Part shown: positions 1-9,185 of the stretch, piece by piece
Layout of the letters: each line of letters begins with the position of its first letter
How positions within the stretch are numbered: position 1 is the stretch's first letter
Assembly: GCA_965200595.1 (NCBI GenBank)
Contig: CBDAUE010000008.1
Coordinates: 97,859-161,858, forward strand
DNA length: 64,000 bases
DNA from: Thermodesulfobacteriota bacterium
GTDB taxonomy: Bacteria > Desulfobacterota_D > UBA1144 > Nemesobacterales > Nemesobacteraceae
Direction: 5' to 3'
Program-made: the position numbers and the translations under genes
Notes under the pieces: generated by a model
Seen by the model: only the letters and a program-made list of their open reading frames with translations
Databases searched by the model: none
What the model was told of the DNA's origin: nothing

Positions 1-342
1 GGTGTGCGATAAATCCATACGCTCAACAGCAGCAGAGCGGACACCCATATTCTGAACGGTAGCAGCGCCTATTCGAACAGCGGTATCTGATGATGGCTTC
101 TCCCCATCCGCTTGGTATACAGGGATGAGATCCATCCCCATTCTGGATTTTCCGGGTTGATCATATATCTCTGTAGGATCCATCGGGGCTCTCCAGTAGA
201 GCACCGTTCGTTCGGTCGAAGGATCTTCTGAAGGGGCTGGCTGCGAATCGGTAGAAAAACGACCGAGCAAAAATGCCCCTGCCAACAGGACTGCCAGGAG
301 TAAAATCAATCCGGATCGAGTAAAAAGAGGGTTCATAATCAT
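1..342 (-). CDS. Heavy-metal efflux RND periplasmic adaptor (membrane fusion protein, CusB/SilB-like), N-terminal part only. The gene runs off the window start (3' end missing).
   Basis: I translated the minus strand by hand. It is open from the ATG at 340-342 to position 1, giving MIMNPLFTRSGLILLLAVLLAGAFLLG...VLYWRAPMDPTEIYDQPGKSRMGMDLIPVY... The YW-x-PMDP...PGKS-MGMDL-PVY block is the conserved N-terminal signature of Cu/Ag efflux adaptors. The gene sits immediately downstream of a TolC-family gene on the same strand. It is not in the ORF track because the stop lies outside the window. Confidence 0.7.
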   Translation of the reverse strand, partial: MIMNPLFTRSGLILLLAVLLAGAFLLGRFSTDSQPAPSEDPSTERTVLYWRAPMDPTEIYDQPGKSRMGMDLIPVYQADGEKPSSDTAVRIGAATVQNMGVRSAAVERMDLSHT

Positions 343-349
343 TAATCAA

Positions 350-1663
350 TTAGTCCATAAGTGCAGGGATTTCCAGGTCAGAAAGAGAAGTGACACCGAG
401 AATGTTCTCCAGCATGGCGGTTCCCTTCAGGTATTGGGAGAACAGATCCTCGTACTGGAATTCTAGCGTAAATAGCATTTGCTCAGCATCAAGAAGGTCC
501 ATGTAGTCGGTTCGCCCTGTGGTATATGCGCTGAGAGTTGCACTTAGGGCGATGTTTGCCTGCGGAATGAGCACGGTTTTGTAGAGGTCCAATTGCTGAC
601 GCTCTTCATCCAGTGAGTGGGTGAAGTCAAAGAGACGGGTCTGAAATATCGTCTCGAGCGATTCCTGGCGTACCTTAACCTGGTCCTTCCTGATTTCTGC
701 TTCTTCAACTCGTGCGCGTAAACGATCCCGATCTATTGGGATGCTGACAACGAAACCGACAGAAAATGCGTCTCTCCCAGTGCCTGTGGGCACTTCGCTG
801 CTCCTACTGATATCGAAGTATGAAGCAAAAAATCCAATATCAGGCCTGAATAGCTTCTGCGACAAAGCAACTTGCGCATCAGCACGTTGTGAAGCTGCTT
901 CGAATGCAGCCACCTCGGGACTATCCCGATAGGCAGAAACAAGAACCTCAGGATTCTGAAAATCAGGAAAGGGGGGCGCATCCACGGTGATGTGCGAATC
1001 CAAAGCGTCCAGAGAGTAGCTGTTTTGCAATCGCGCAAGGGTTCGGGCAGCAGTGCGTCTCTCAGATGAAAGCTTCAGCTTCATTCCAGTGAGCATGTTG
1101 GATTGGAGTTGGGTTTTAAGGATGGCCTGTTGCATTCCGATGCCCACCTCATATTGTGCTGAGGCTATATCCTGAAAACTTTCCAGTCGCTGCCTAAAAG
1201 CATCGATGAGCACTTCCTGCTGTTGTATCCGATAGAGATCGTAGTAGGCTTCTTTCACCTGCAGCATCAGGTCTTCTTCGAGAATCTCAGCTTCAAAGCC
1301 GGCAATTTCTGCCGAATGGTCAGCGATTTTTTCCTGAAGTCGCAGTGCACCCCTATTGGGGATCATCTGCTCTATGCGCCATTGACTGCGCTGAAAGCCG
1401 CGAGCGGTGAGGATGGGAATCGGCTGAAAGCTCACCATCACCTTGGGGTTGGGCCAGGAGGTTACCTGACGGTGCCGTGTAAGGAGCGCCTGGTTTTCCA
1501 ATCGGGAATCCCTTAACGAGGGGTTAAGTGAAGAAACCTCTTCAATAAGCTCCCCGAGAGTGAGCAAGGTATCAGCGGGAACGTCAAGAGGAGCTTGCCC
1601 TGCTGAGATTGTTGGAATTAAAAGCGTAGCGCCCAAGGCGCTGAGTAAAGCGTACCAGTTCAT
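350..1663 (-). CDS. TolC-family outer-membrane efflux protein (CusC/CzcC-like) of a tripartite heavy-metal efflux system
   Basis: 437-aa ORF with an N-terminal signal peptide (MNWYALLSALGATLLIPTISAGQ) and the alpha-helical coiled-coil character typical of the outer-membrane factor family. It lies 8 bp upstream of the CusB-like adaptor on the same strand. Confidence 0.8.
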   Translation of the reverse strand: MNWYALLSALGATLLIPTISAGQAPLDVPADTLLTLGELIEEVSSLNPSLRDSRLENQALLTRHRQVTSWPNPKVMVSFQPIPILTARGFQRSQWRIEQMIPNRGALRLQEKIADHSAEIAGFEAEILEEDLMLQVKEAYYDLYRIQQQEVLIDAFRQRLESFQDIASAQYEVGIGMQQAILKTQLQSNMLTGMKLKLSSERRTAARTLARLQNSYSLDALDSHITVDAPPFPDFQNPEVLVSAYRDSPEVAAFEAASQRADAQVALSQKLFRPDIGFFASYFDISRSSEVPTGTGRDAFSVGFVVSIPIDRDRLRARVEEAEIRKDQVKVRQESLETIFQTRLFDFTHSLDEERQQLDLYKTVLIPQANIALSATLSAYTTGRTDYMDLLDAEQMLFTLEFQYEDLFSQYLKGTAMLENILGVTSLSDLEIPALMD

Positions 1664-1744
1664 AAAAACCTGACCGGAAAGGAATGCCCGAGGGAGTGAG
1701 GCCGGCGCTCAGTTAAGAGGCGGCTTCGGAAGAAGGGTCGGGTA

Positions 1745-2272
1745 TCAGATCAGGAAGGTGGCCAACAGGGCTTGACTATCTGTTGGGGGTGGCGCCCAGG
1801 AAACGGGGGTTGGGGAAGAAGGCGCTTGATTCAATTGCGATACCGCCGCCACAAGGGCGGAAAAAGCAAGCACTAACGCCCGGGAATGATCAAAAGTTGT
1901 GGTGGCTTTGGAAAGAGTCGGGATGTCCGGAATGGAGGAAACCAAACAACACCGATGGTTATTCTGTGGCTCTACTGGAAGACTATTCCGATCATTGTCA
2001 GCAGAGGCCGTGTGCGTGGGAGGATGATCATGTCCATATCCTTCAGATGCTGTGGTCCCATCGCCACTGTGGCAGTTCGGGGAGGCATGTTCCATCGCCC
2101 CCTTCATGTTACATGTGGAGTGAATTAGAGGAACCAGGCCGCCGAAAAAGAGGCAGATGCTTAGAACTGCGGACAAGAGTCGGCCCCTTCTGGACTGGAC
2201 CAATGAACAACGTGACCCAAAGCGGCGCAATGTAAAAATCTTCCGAATATGAAGGGATGACAGATTTTTCAT
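1745..2272 (-). CDS. Hypothetical small protein with a hydrophobic N-terminus and a His/Cys-rich segment (HASPNCHSGDG...GYGHDHPPTH). It may be a metal-binding periplasmic protein. The true start may be internal.
   Basis: 175-aa ORF directly upstream of the efflux operon on the same strand, with a His/Cys cluster. I recognise no family and the codon usage is unremarkable, so this call is weak. Confidence 0.25.
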   Translation of the reverse strand: MKNLSSLHIRKIFTLRRFGSRCSLVQSRRGRLLSAVLSICLFFGGLVPLIHSTCNMKGAMEHASPNCHSGDGTTASEGYGHDHPPTHTASADNDRNSLPVEPQNNHRCCLVSSIPDIPTLSKATTTFDHSRALVLAFSALVAAVSQLNQAPSSPTPVSWAPPPTDSQALLATFLI

Positions 2273-2557
2273 CCCGGACAGAAACCACCCTGGAAAGATA
2301 CCAAATGTATGTGATCATTACCAGACCCGGTCAAGCACCATACAGAAGGGGGCTTGGTGTTACTGAATCGAGGCCACAGTCGTGTTTGCTATGGTAAGAG
2401 CGTGTAGCATGCTCCAGGAGTCGCCACCACGGGCTGTAAATCACAACCCGAAAAAACGGGAATGCTGCAACTCGCAGGCGCAATACGAAGGGGAGCAATA
2501 ATCCGGAGAGGCGCGGCAAGACGAACGAGTATCAAAGTACCCGCATCTTCACCGGGA

Positions 2558-3340
2558 TTATTCAGAGAACATGTTCTCGTACTGGATCAGTGCCAGGAGC
2601 ACACCATCCGGATCGAGAAGATGCGTCATTCGTCCGACGCCCTCATAGTCAAATGGGCCCATTAGCGCCTTGGCACCCAGCGATACGGCTAAATCAGTTT
2701 GTCGGTCTACATCGGAGGAGGTTATATAGCCCATCCAATTGGCCCGTTCGACTTCCACTTGGGCAATCCCGCCAATAGCAGTACACCCTACATTAATCTG
2801 GTGATAGACACCACCGGGAATCTCCATTTCCTTGAATGTCCAGCCAAAAATGTCCCCATAGAATGCTGCAGCAGCCACAGCATCCGGAGTGTGAAGCTCG
2901 AACCAGCTAAAAAGACCCGGAGTAGTGAAGGTGGACAAGAAGTTGGTAACGCCTTGAGTTTCAGAGCCAGGAGGAAGGGGGTTGTATTGCATGGCGTAGA
3001 CCATTCCTCCGTGTGGATCTGCCAGACCACAGAAAGGCCCCATGGGGGTGTCGGTCAAGGGAATGAACAGTTTCGAAGCATGCTCTGCGGCGAATGCCTT
3101 TACGTCGTTGACGGTGATATAGAAGCCCCAGCAGGCCGGGATAGTCTCTTGAGGGCGCTTCATTAGTCCAGCCACGTTAATTCCACCCTGTTGGGCGATA
3201 TGGTAGGTGCTCCCATCCTGCATAGGCATGGTCAGGTACTGCCATCCGCTGATTTTAGAGTAAAAGTCAAGAGATCTGGCGGGATCGATAGCGAGATACT
3301 CACTCCAGCTAACAGCACCATGAGTTACAAAGGGATTCAC
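2558..3340 (-). CDS. VOC-family (glyoxalase/bleomycin-resistance fold) protein with two tandem domains, PhnB-like
   Basis: 260 aa. It shows the duplicated glyoxalase-fold pattern (HGAVSWSEYLAIDP... then LFSWFELHTPD...). It is about 60 % identical to the ORF at 5044..5832. Confidence 0.75.
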   Translation of the reverse strand: MNPFVTHGAVSWSEYLAIDPARSLDFYSKISGWQYLTMPMQDGSTYHIAQQGGINVAGLMKRPQETIPACWGFYITVNDVKAFAAEHASKLFIPLTDTPMGPFCGLADPHGGMVYAMQYNPLPPGSETQGVTNFLSTFTTPGLFSWFELHTPDAVAAAAFYGDIFGWTFKEMEIPGGVYHQINVGCTAIGGIAQVEVERANWMGYITSSDVDRQTDLAVSLGAKALMGPFDYEGVGRMTHLLDPDGVLLALIQYENMFSE

Positions 3341-3979
3341 AATAAAGGATCGATAAAATTAGTGGTACACAAACAAGATGAGACTGCGGTGTGCACATTG
3401 CCCCCAACCGTTTACCCCATCTGAGAGAAAAATGTTACTTCCAGGGCCTCCAGAGGAGGGTAAAAAAGAACCCAAAAGGCTGAGCTGGAAACCTGCCAAG
3501 ATCAAATTCGGATAGTAGATACTCGTTGAGTTAGTCGATGAATAATTCCAACAGGAGAGACCGATTTTTCTTGCCCTGCCAGGTCGGTCGTTGTTTCACG
3601 ATGAAGTGAATAATCAAAATTCTCAGAGCGGGTGAGTTCCACCTGAAATCTGATACAAGAATATCATGCAGAACCTATGCTAATTTATTTGAATCCTTCA
3701 CAATATTATCCCATAGATGGATAATGATTGTACTGAATCCCGGGTTCCTATTGGCATGAATTCGGGAAGCTTATGAAGCAGAGCAATTGGGAGATATGGT
3801 CTTCAAAACAGGAGCGCCTGGTTCAGGTTCAGCTGAACTATTGTCCCCGAAACGTCTTATGACAGGGGAGTGTCTCACCATCCTGAATAGGCATCCTACA
3901 CCCCGTTTGTTTTTCTGAGCCGCGACCTAAGCGGCAACCTGTAACTGAAGAGTGAAACCAATCCCAATTGGGATGAATC

Positions 3980-4429
3980 TTGCTATCAAGTACCACAACA
4001 CCAATCGAAAGTCAAGGGATGCCCGCAAACAGGGACAAACCTGCTGGAGATGAAAAAGCCCATGAAAAGCTCTACTGCACTCGGCTTTGGCTTTCTTATT
4101 TGGTCATCAGCTCTGTCATTACAACCGAGTCAGAAGCACAAAATTGGCAACTCATTGGCAGCATCGGAGCACATCACTATAGTGATTTCGAGTATACCTT
4201 GATTACTATGAACGTCGATGCCATTATCCCCGGGAAGACATGGGGAGGATATCATCGTGCGTCTATTATTGCTCCGAATTTAGGTTGGTATGATGCTCCG
4301 GTACTGCGATTGCATATACCTACGGTACGGGAAGAGTATTCAGAAACGAGTCTGTCACTTTCGCAGTCTCGGTGGGCCCTGCTGTTGTTCCTGAATGGAA
4401 TGTCCCTGTTGCTGGCCAAGCTCAGATAG
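3980..4429 (+). CDS. Hypothetical protein in an AT-rich spacer. It may be a frameshifted secreted protein (an upstream out-of-frame ATG encodes a signal-peptide-like MKSSTALGFGFLIWSSALS).
   Basis: This is the only ORF above 100 aa in the 1.7-kb spacer 3341..5043. It is followed by a hairpin at 4452..4478. I recognise no family. Confidence 0.2.
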   Translation: MLSSTTTPIESQGMPANRDKPAGDEKAHEKLYCTRLWLSYLVISSVITTESEAQNWQLIGSIGAHHYSDFEYTLITMNVDAIIPGKTWGGYHRASIIAPNLGWYDAPVLRLHIPTVREEYSETSLSLSQSRWALLLFLNGMSLLLAKLR

Positions 4430-4451
4430 CCCTCCTCTTTACTCCCGTGAA

Positions 4452-4478
4452 AATCCTGGGACTCTGAGTCTCAGGATT
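4452..4478 (+). terminator. Imperfect palindrome/hairpin (aatcctggga...tctcaggatt) 23 nt after the stop of ORF 3980..4429. There is no U-tract.
   Basis: Inverted repeat of 10-13 bp with one G.U position, read directly from the sequence. Confidence 0.25.
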
Positions 4479-5043
4479 AGGATTCCAGAGACTTGGAGAA
4501 GATCCTGGCGGGGTAGGGTTCATATTCGTGATTCTCTGTGGCAGAAAAGTGAACCTTTGTAGAAAGACTGATAGAGGGATTCGGCAAGCTTGAAGCCTTC
4601 GAGGCTAGGAGTGATTCAAGGGCAATTCCTGAAAGTTGATAAGTCTCTACTGGGGATTATTTAGCTATACCCTGCACCTATTCTATCGGAATCTGTGTCA
4701 TGGGATAACGGCACATTCCGGTCAATCCACTTAGCTGATTGATTCTTCAATAACGATTGGAAAGGGGCTCCGTCTCAAGGAGACTAACCTGGCTACTCGC
4801 ATCTATAGATTTAGGGTGCAACGACCTTCGGAAAAATAAAATCACCCCTTCGCCGTGCCTGAATCTTAAGTAACCAGAGGCCTTTTTAGTGGGTTTCGTG
4901 GTGCCCGATGCATCTACCCACCAGTACAGGGAGAAGACTACGTGAATTCCCGGAGAGGAAGTAGAAAGGTGTTATCACTTATTAAGTGAATAGGGGCAAC
5001 ATGTAATTAGAGTTAAAGATCACCAGGCAGCATCGATCCCGGG

Positions 5044-5832
5044 TCAAACCTTAAAATCATCCCCGTACTGCATCAGCGACAGGTGCGCCCCTAGTGGGTC
5101 ACGCAGGTAAGACATTCTTCCCACGTCAGGAAAATCAAAAGGCTGAACCAAAATGGTGGATCCCAGAGATGCTGCGATCTCGGTTTGCTTATCTATGTCC
5201 TTGGCGGTAATGTATCCGTGCCAGAACGCCTGCTCAACGTCAGGCATTTCTGCGATACCGCCTATTTCAGTGCCATCTACGACGATGTGCCGGTACACAC
5301 CACCTGGGATCTTGTTTTCTTTGTAGGTCCATCCAAAAATGTCACTATAGAATGCTGCTGCTCCAGCACCATCGGGAGTGCTAAGCTCATACCAGCTGAA
5401 TAGGCCAGGGGTACTATAAACTGCTGAATGATTGGTGACTCCTTCCGCTTCACCTTCCGGCTGGTGATACTGCATGACCTGGATCATTCCTCCTTGCGGA
5501 TCTACTATTCCACAAAAAGGCCCAACAGGACTCTCGGTATAGGGAATGAATAAATTCGAAGCATTCTTGTCGGCAAAGGAGCGAGCATCCCGAACAGTAA
5601 CGTAGAACCCCCAGCCAGGAGGGATAGACTCATGGGGTCTTTTCATGAAGCCGGCAGCATTGGTGCCGTCCTCCACGGTGACTACGTGGTACGTGCCGCC
5701 CCCCTCCATTTGCATTTCCATGGAGTAGGGTTTCCAACCAATGACCTTGGCATAGAAGTCTAGAGATTCCGAAGGGTCGATAGCGAGATATTCATTCCAG
5801 CTGATCGCCCCGTGAGTAAGGAAAGGATTCAT
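5044..5832 (-). CDS. VOC-family (glyoxalase fold) protein with two tandem domains. Paralog of 2558..3340.
   Basis: 262 aa, collinear and about 60 % identical to the other VOC ORF (MNPFLTHGAISWNEYLAIDP... / GLFSWYELSTPD...). Confidence 0.75.
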   Translation of the reverse strand: MNPFLTHGAISWNEYLAIDPSESLDFYAKVIGWKPYSMEMQMEGGGTYHVVTVEDGTNAAGFMKRPHESIPPGWGFYVTVRDARSFADKNASNLFIPYTESPVGPFCGIVDPQGGMIQVMQYHQPEGEAEGVTNHSAVYSTPGLFSWYELSTPDGAGAAAFYSDIFGWTYKENKIPGGVYRHIVVDGTEIGGIAEMPDVEQAFWHGYITAKDIDKQTEIAASLGSTILVQPFDFPDVGRMSYLRDPLGAHLSLMQYGDDFKV

Positions 5833-5912
5833 CCTGCGCTATAAGATGAAGTTCGAAAGAGTTGCATAAAAAGGCACTCTCGATATATACCGTGTTTGGG
5901 ACACTTAGGTTA

Positions 5913-6602
5913 CTACCACGGCAAATCGACGGCATAAGCCAAAAAGGACATCATAGGGGACCCTTTCTGATAGATTCCGGCAAGATTGCTCATGAACCGG
6001 GGATGCAGCACTTCCTCCCGATTCAAAGGTGTAGAGATGATATAATGCTTCCGTTTCAGGTCTTCTACACAGGGGTGTTTATTGTCAAAACCCCGAGGTG
6101 CACGTTTGAGGGTTGCGCCCAGGTGTGCCATTTCAAAGCCGGACTCTGCCAATGACTTTTTTAGATTGGTCCATTCTTCGGGATCATCGACGATCAAATT
6201 TCGGATCTTGGTGAGAGTTTTGGTATCCGCCTTCCAAATTCCTCCTGCCGCAAAGCATTCTTCAGGAGATAAGTGCAGGTAAAAGGAGGGAGCAAAGTGT
6301 TCTGTGGCCGACTCATGTCGAAATCTGATCCCAACAAAGGTCTTGAACGGTGACTTGTCTTTGGTAAAGCGAATATCGCGGTGAATCTTGAAGAGTGATT
6401 GCCCCCACTTTGGCTCGGCCCGAGCGTGTGGACTGATTTGATTCAGAAGAGGCGCGAAAGTCTCGATAAACATCAGAAGAGGCTTTTTGATATGATCCTC
6501 GTAACGATGCTTATTGTCTGCAAACCAAGGGCGATTGTTGTTCGTTTTCAGCTCAGTAAGAAAGTCGAACAATTCGGGGCGAATGAACAAGGCAGTTACC
6601 AT
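5913..6602 (-). CDS. DUF2461 (TIGR02453) family protein
   Basis: 229 aa starting MVTALFIRPELFDFLTELKTNNNRPWF. I call this from memory of the conserved N-terminal pattern of that family. Confidence 0.65.
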   Translation of the reverse strand: MVTALFIRPELFDFLTELKTNNNRPWFADNKHRYEDHIKKPLLMFIETFAPLLNQISPHARAEPKWGQSLFKIHRDIRFTKDKSPFKTFVGIRFRHESATEHFAPSFYLHLSPEECFAAGGIWKADTKTLTKIRNLIVDDPEEWTNLKKSLAESGFEMAHLGATLKRAPRGFDNKHPCVEDLKRKHYIISTPLNREEVLHPRFMSNLAGIYQKGSPMMSFLAYAVDLPW

Positions 6603-6770
6603 GTATGTGTAACTTTTCTACGCCTTGCATTTGTCGAAGTCCGGCAGAGGAGAATGAAATCCCCACGATGTTAACAGAATGAAAACTCCCCACAAATGGA
6701 GAATAGTATTTTCCCTGGCAGTCTTCGGCAATAACTGTCGATTTAAGGTGAAGCAGCAGCCAAGCTTTCA

Positions 6771-7961
6771 ATGAAGCCATTTCATATACGCACACGCGCC
6801 ATTCATGCAGGGGAACCTGATCATTCCAGGGGCGGCGCAATTTCCCCGCCCCTCCACATGGCCAACTCCTTTATGGCATCCCCGGATGTGAGTTTCTCTG
6901 CTGAGGATCTGACTCCGGATTCACCATTCATCTATACCCGTTGGGGAAACCCCACCGTTCAAATGCTGGAGCAGCGGCTGGCATCATTGGAAGGTGGAGA
7001 AGAGGGGCTGTGTTTTAGTAGCGGTATGGCAGCTATTACTGGTCTGTTTACCCATCTATTGGGTGCTGGGGATCATATGGTGATGTCTGATGTGGCCTAC
7101 GCTGGAGCTGCCGAGTATACTTTTGACCTACTCCCACAGATGGGCGTCTCTGTCAGCCATGTTGACACGTCAGATCTTAAAGCGGTAAGGCAAGCGCTCC
7201 GACCGGAAACGAAGCTTATTCATATAGAGACTCCTTGCAATCCGATCCTTCGATTGACGGATATAGCAGAAGTAGGAAGATTGGCACATGGGTCTGGTGC
7301 GGCCCTTTCGGTAGACTCAACTTTTTCCTCACCAATTATCACTCGCCCTCTGGAGCTCGGCGCAGATTATGTGATTCATTCTCTGACAAAATATCTCGGT
7401 GGTCATGGAGATGCGCTGGGAGGCGTGATTGTGGGAGACGCTGAAAAGGTCGCCCCGATTCGTACACGTATAGGAATCCATGCGGGAAGTGTGCTTAGCC
7501 CGTTCAATGCATGGTTGATTTCAAGAGGTCTTGCCACGTTACCTCTGAGAGTACGTGCACATTGTGAGAGTGCCGAGTATCTGGCAACCAGGCTGGTTGA
7601 CCATCCCCGTGTGAAAAAAGTCATTTATCCGGGGCTGGACTCTCACCCCCAATGTGAGTTGGCAAAGGCTCAAATGACTCATCCTGGTGGAATGCTCACT
7701 TTTCAGGTTGGTGATGGGGATTCGATGGCGAAGCAGCTCCACAAGAAAATGCAACTAATCAGGTATGCGGTATCGCTGGGGCATGTACACAGCCTGATAT
7801 ACTATCTCGATACGGATAGTATGATGCGAACCTCCTTTCATCTGACAGGAGGTAATCTGGAGTCTTACCGCAGTTATGCCGGAGAAGGCGTGATGCGCTT
7901 TTCGGTAGGGTTGGAGGATCCGGAGGATTTATGGCGCGATCTCTCTCAGGCGCTGGAATAA
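6771..7961 (+). CDS. Cys/Met-metabolism PLP-dependent enzyme (methionine gamma-lyase / cystathionine gamma-synthase / O-acetylhomoserine sulfhydrylase family)
   Basis: 396 aa with TRAIHAGE near the N-terminus and a PLP-lysine motif SLTKYLGGHGD. The overall length and pattern match the trans-sulfuration family. Confidence 0.85.
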   Translation: MKPFHIRTRAIHAGEPDHSRGGAISPPLHMANSFMASPDVSFSAEDLTPDSPFIYTRWGNPTVQMLEQRLASLEGGEEGLCFSSGMAAITGLFTHLLGAGDHMVMSDVAYAGAAEYTFDLLPQMGVSVSHVDTSDLKAVRQALRPETKLIHIETPCNPILRLTDIAEVGRLAHGSGAALSVDSTFSSPIITRPLELGADYVIHSLTKYLGGHGDALGGVIVGDAEKVAPIRTRIGIHAGSVLSPFNAWLISRGLATLPLRVRAHCESAEYLATRLVDHPRVKKVIYPGLDSHPQCELAKAQMTHPGGMLTFQVGDGDSMAKQLHKKMQLIRYAVSLGHVHSLIYYLDTDSMMRTSFHLTGGNLESYRSYAGEGVMRFSVGLEDPEDLWRDLSQALE

Positions 7962-9185
7962 AGCCTTAACAGAAGCCTGCCCGGAGCGGATTGCACCCTC
8001 GATAGTGGCTGGCACCTGCGTGTTAGTCCAGTCACCTGCAAGGAACACATTCGGAATGAGAAGGCAGGGTCCGGGCCTTTTGCACTCATTTTGGGGAGTT
8101 TGCTTGAATGTGGCGCGCTTTTCTTTAACAATTCGGTAGTTCGGGATGGTGTTATGTGTCATGCCTAAGGCTACAGCAACATCTTTCCACAGGATTTGAG
8201 CTATTTCAGAACTGGTCTTCATGACCAAATTGTTTGCAGCACTGACAGTGACCGAGGCGATTTCATCCCTAAAGAAAATCCACTGGGCTGTTCCGTTGAC
8301 AACTCCCAGAAGTGGGGGGTCTATCCAGGGAGGTAACGGCGCGGGGAGAACATAATGAGCATTTACGATAGCACAGTATTCGTCAGGAACAGTGAGGTGG
8401 GGAATCAGCGATGAAGCCACCCAAGGAGGCACAGCAAGGATAACGAAGTCTTTTTTGCTCAGATGGATAATTTCAGTGCCAAAGTCCAGCCCAGCTGCGA
8501 AATCTTCTGCAAAAACAAGATGCCGAAGGACGTTAGAAAAGTGGAGTTTAGCCCCTTGTCTGCGGAGCCATTCCAGAGCGGGAGTGATAAAAGTGTCTGT
8601 CAGGCTTTCTTTGGCTACTCTGGGGCGACATTGTTTTTCCCCTTTCAGGAAGGTTTCCCTCATTACAGACCAAAGAATTTGAGCAGATCCTTCGGCCAAG
8701 TCGGTGTTTAGAGCTCCGACACCAAGCGGTTCCCAGAAGCGTTCGTATAGATGACCGGAATTCCGAACGCATTCGTGGACCGTGTCCGAAGGTCGAGCAA
8801 AAGCCATTCGTAGCACGGAGGAATAATCTCGCAGCCGGGTATTGGGGATTCTCTTCCTTTTGTCTAGCACTGATGAAACATCAGGGGAAACTTCCCAGCG
8901 CTCTCCGGTATGGACGTCAATAAATGGGAAGATTGCCTTTTTCGGACCGATCAGTCCGTCGGTGGCTCCAATTGTTTTCAGGAAACTGTAGACACCTTTG
9001 TTGCCGCTGAGCAAAAGATGGTTGCCATTATCGATCGTTCGGTGAAGATGTCTATCGTGATAGGATCGACATCGCCCACCTGCCAACCGGGCAGCCTCGT
9101 GAAGGTGAACTTCAAACCCATTTTCTATTGAGGCGACCGCGGCTGAAAGCCCCGCAAGACCGGCGCCGATGACATGGACTGTCAC
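7929..9185 (-). CDS. hpnE: Hydroxysqualene dehydroxylase HpnE (FAD-dependent amine-oxidase-like)
   Basis: 418 aa with an N-terminal dinucleotide-binding motif VIGAGLAGLSAA. It is the last gene of the hpnC-hpnD-hpnE operon and its start overlaps hpnD by 4 bp. Confidence 0.8.
   Translation of the reverse strand: MTVHVIGAGLAGLSAAVASIENGFEVHLHEAARLAGGRCRSYHDRHLHRTIDNGNHLLLSGNKGVYSFLKTIGATDGLIGPKKAIFPFIDVHTGERWEVSPDVSSVLDKRKRIPNTRLRDYSSVLRMAFARPSDTVHECVRNSGHLYERFWEPLGVGALNTDLAEGSAQILWSVMRETFLKGEKQCRPRVAKESLTDTFITPALEWLRRQGAKLHFSNVLRHLVFAEDFAAGLDFGTEIIHLSKKDFVILAVPPWVASSLIPHLTVPDEYCAIVNAHYVLPAPLPPWIDPPLLGVVNGTAQWIFFRDEIASVTVSAANNLVMKTSSEIAQILWKDVAVALGMTHNTIPNYRIVKEKRATFKQTPQNECKRPGPCLLIPNVFLAGDWTNTQVPATIEGAIRSGQASVKALFQRLREIAP

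Noticed and set aside
161-349. Track ORF of 62 aa (MINDYEPSF...) on the minus strand at the window start
   Set aside because: It is in the wrong frame and starts on TTG. The overlapping frame, open to position 1, encodes a clean CusB-like adaptor N-terminus, so the 62-aa ORF is a shadow.
6603-6770. Possible SAM riboswitch ahead of the Cys/Met PLP enzyme gene
   Set aside because: I looked for the SAM-I / S-box core and a SAM-II-like pseudoknot by eye. I could not find a convincing match, so I am not claiming it without a covariance-model scan.
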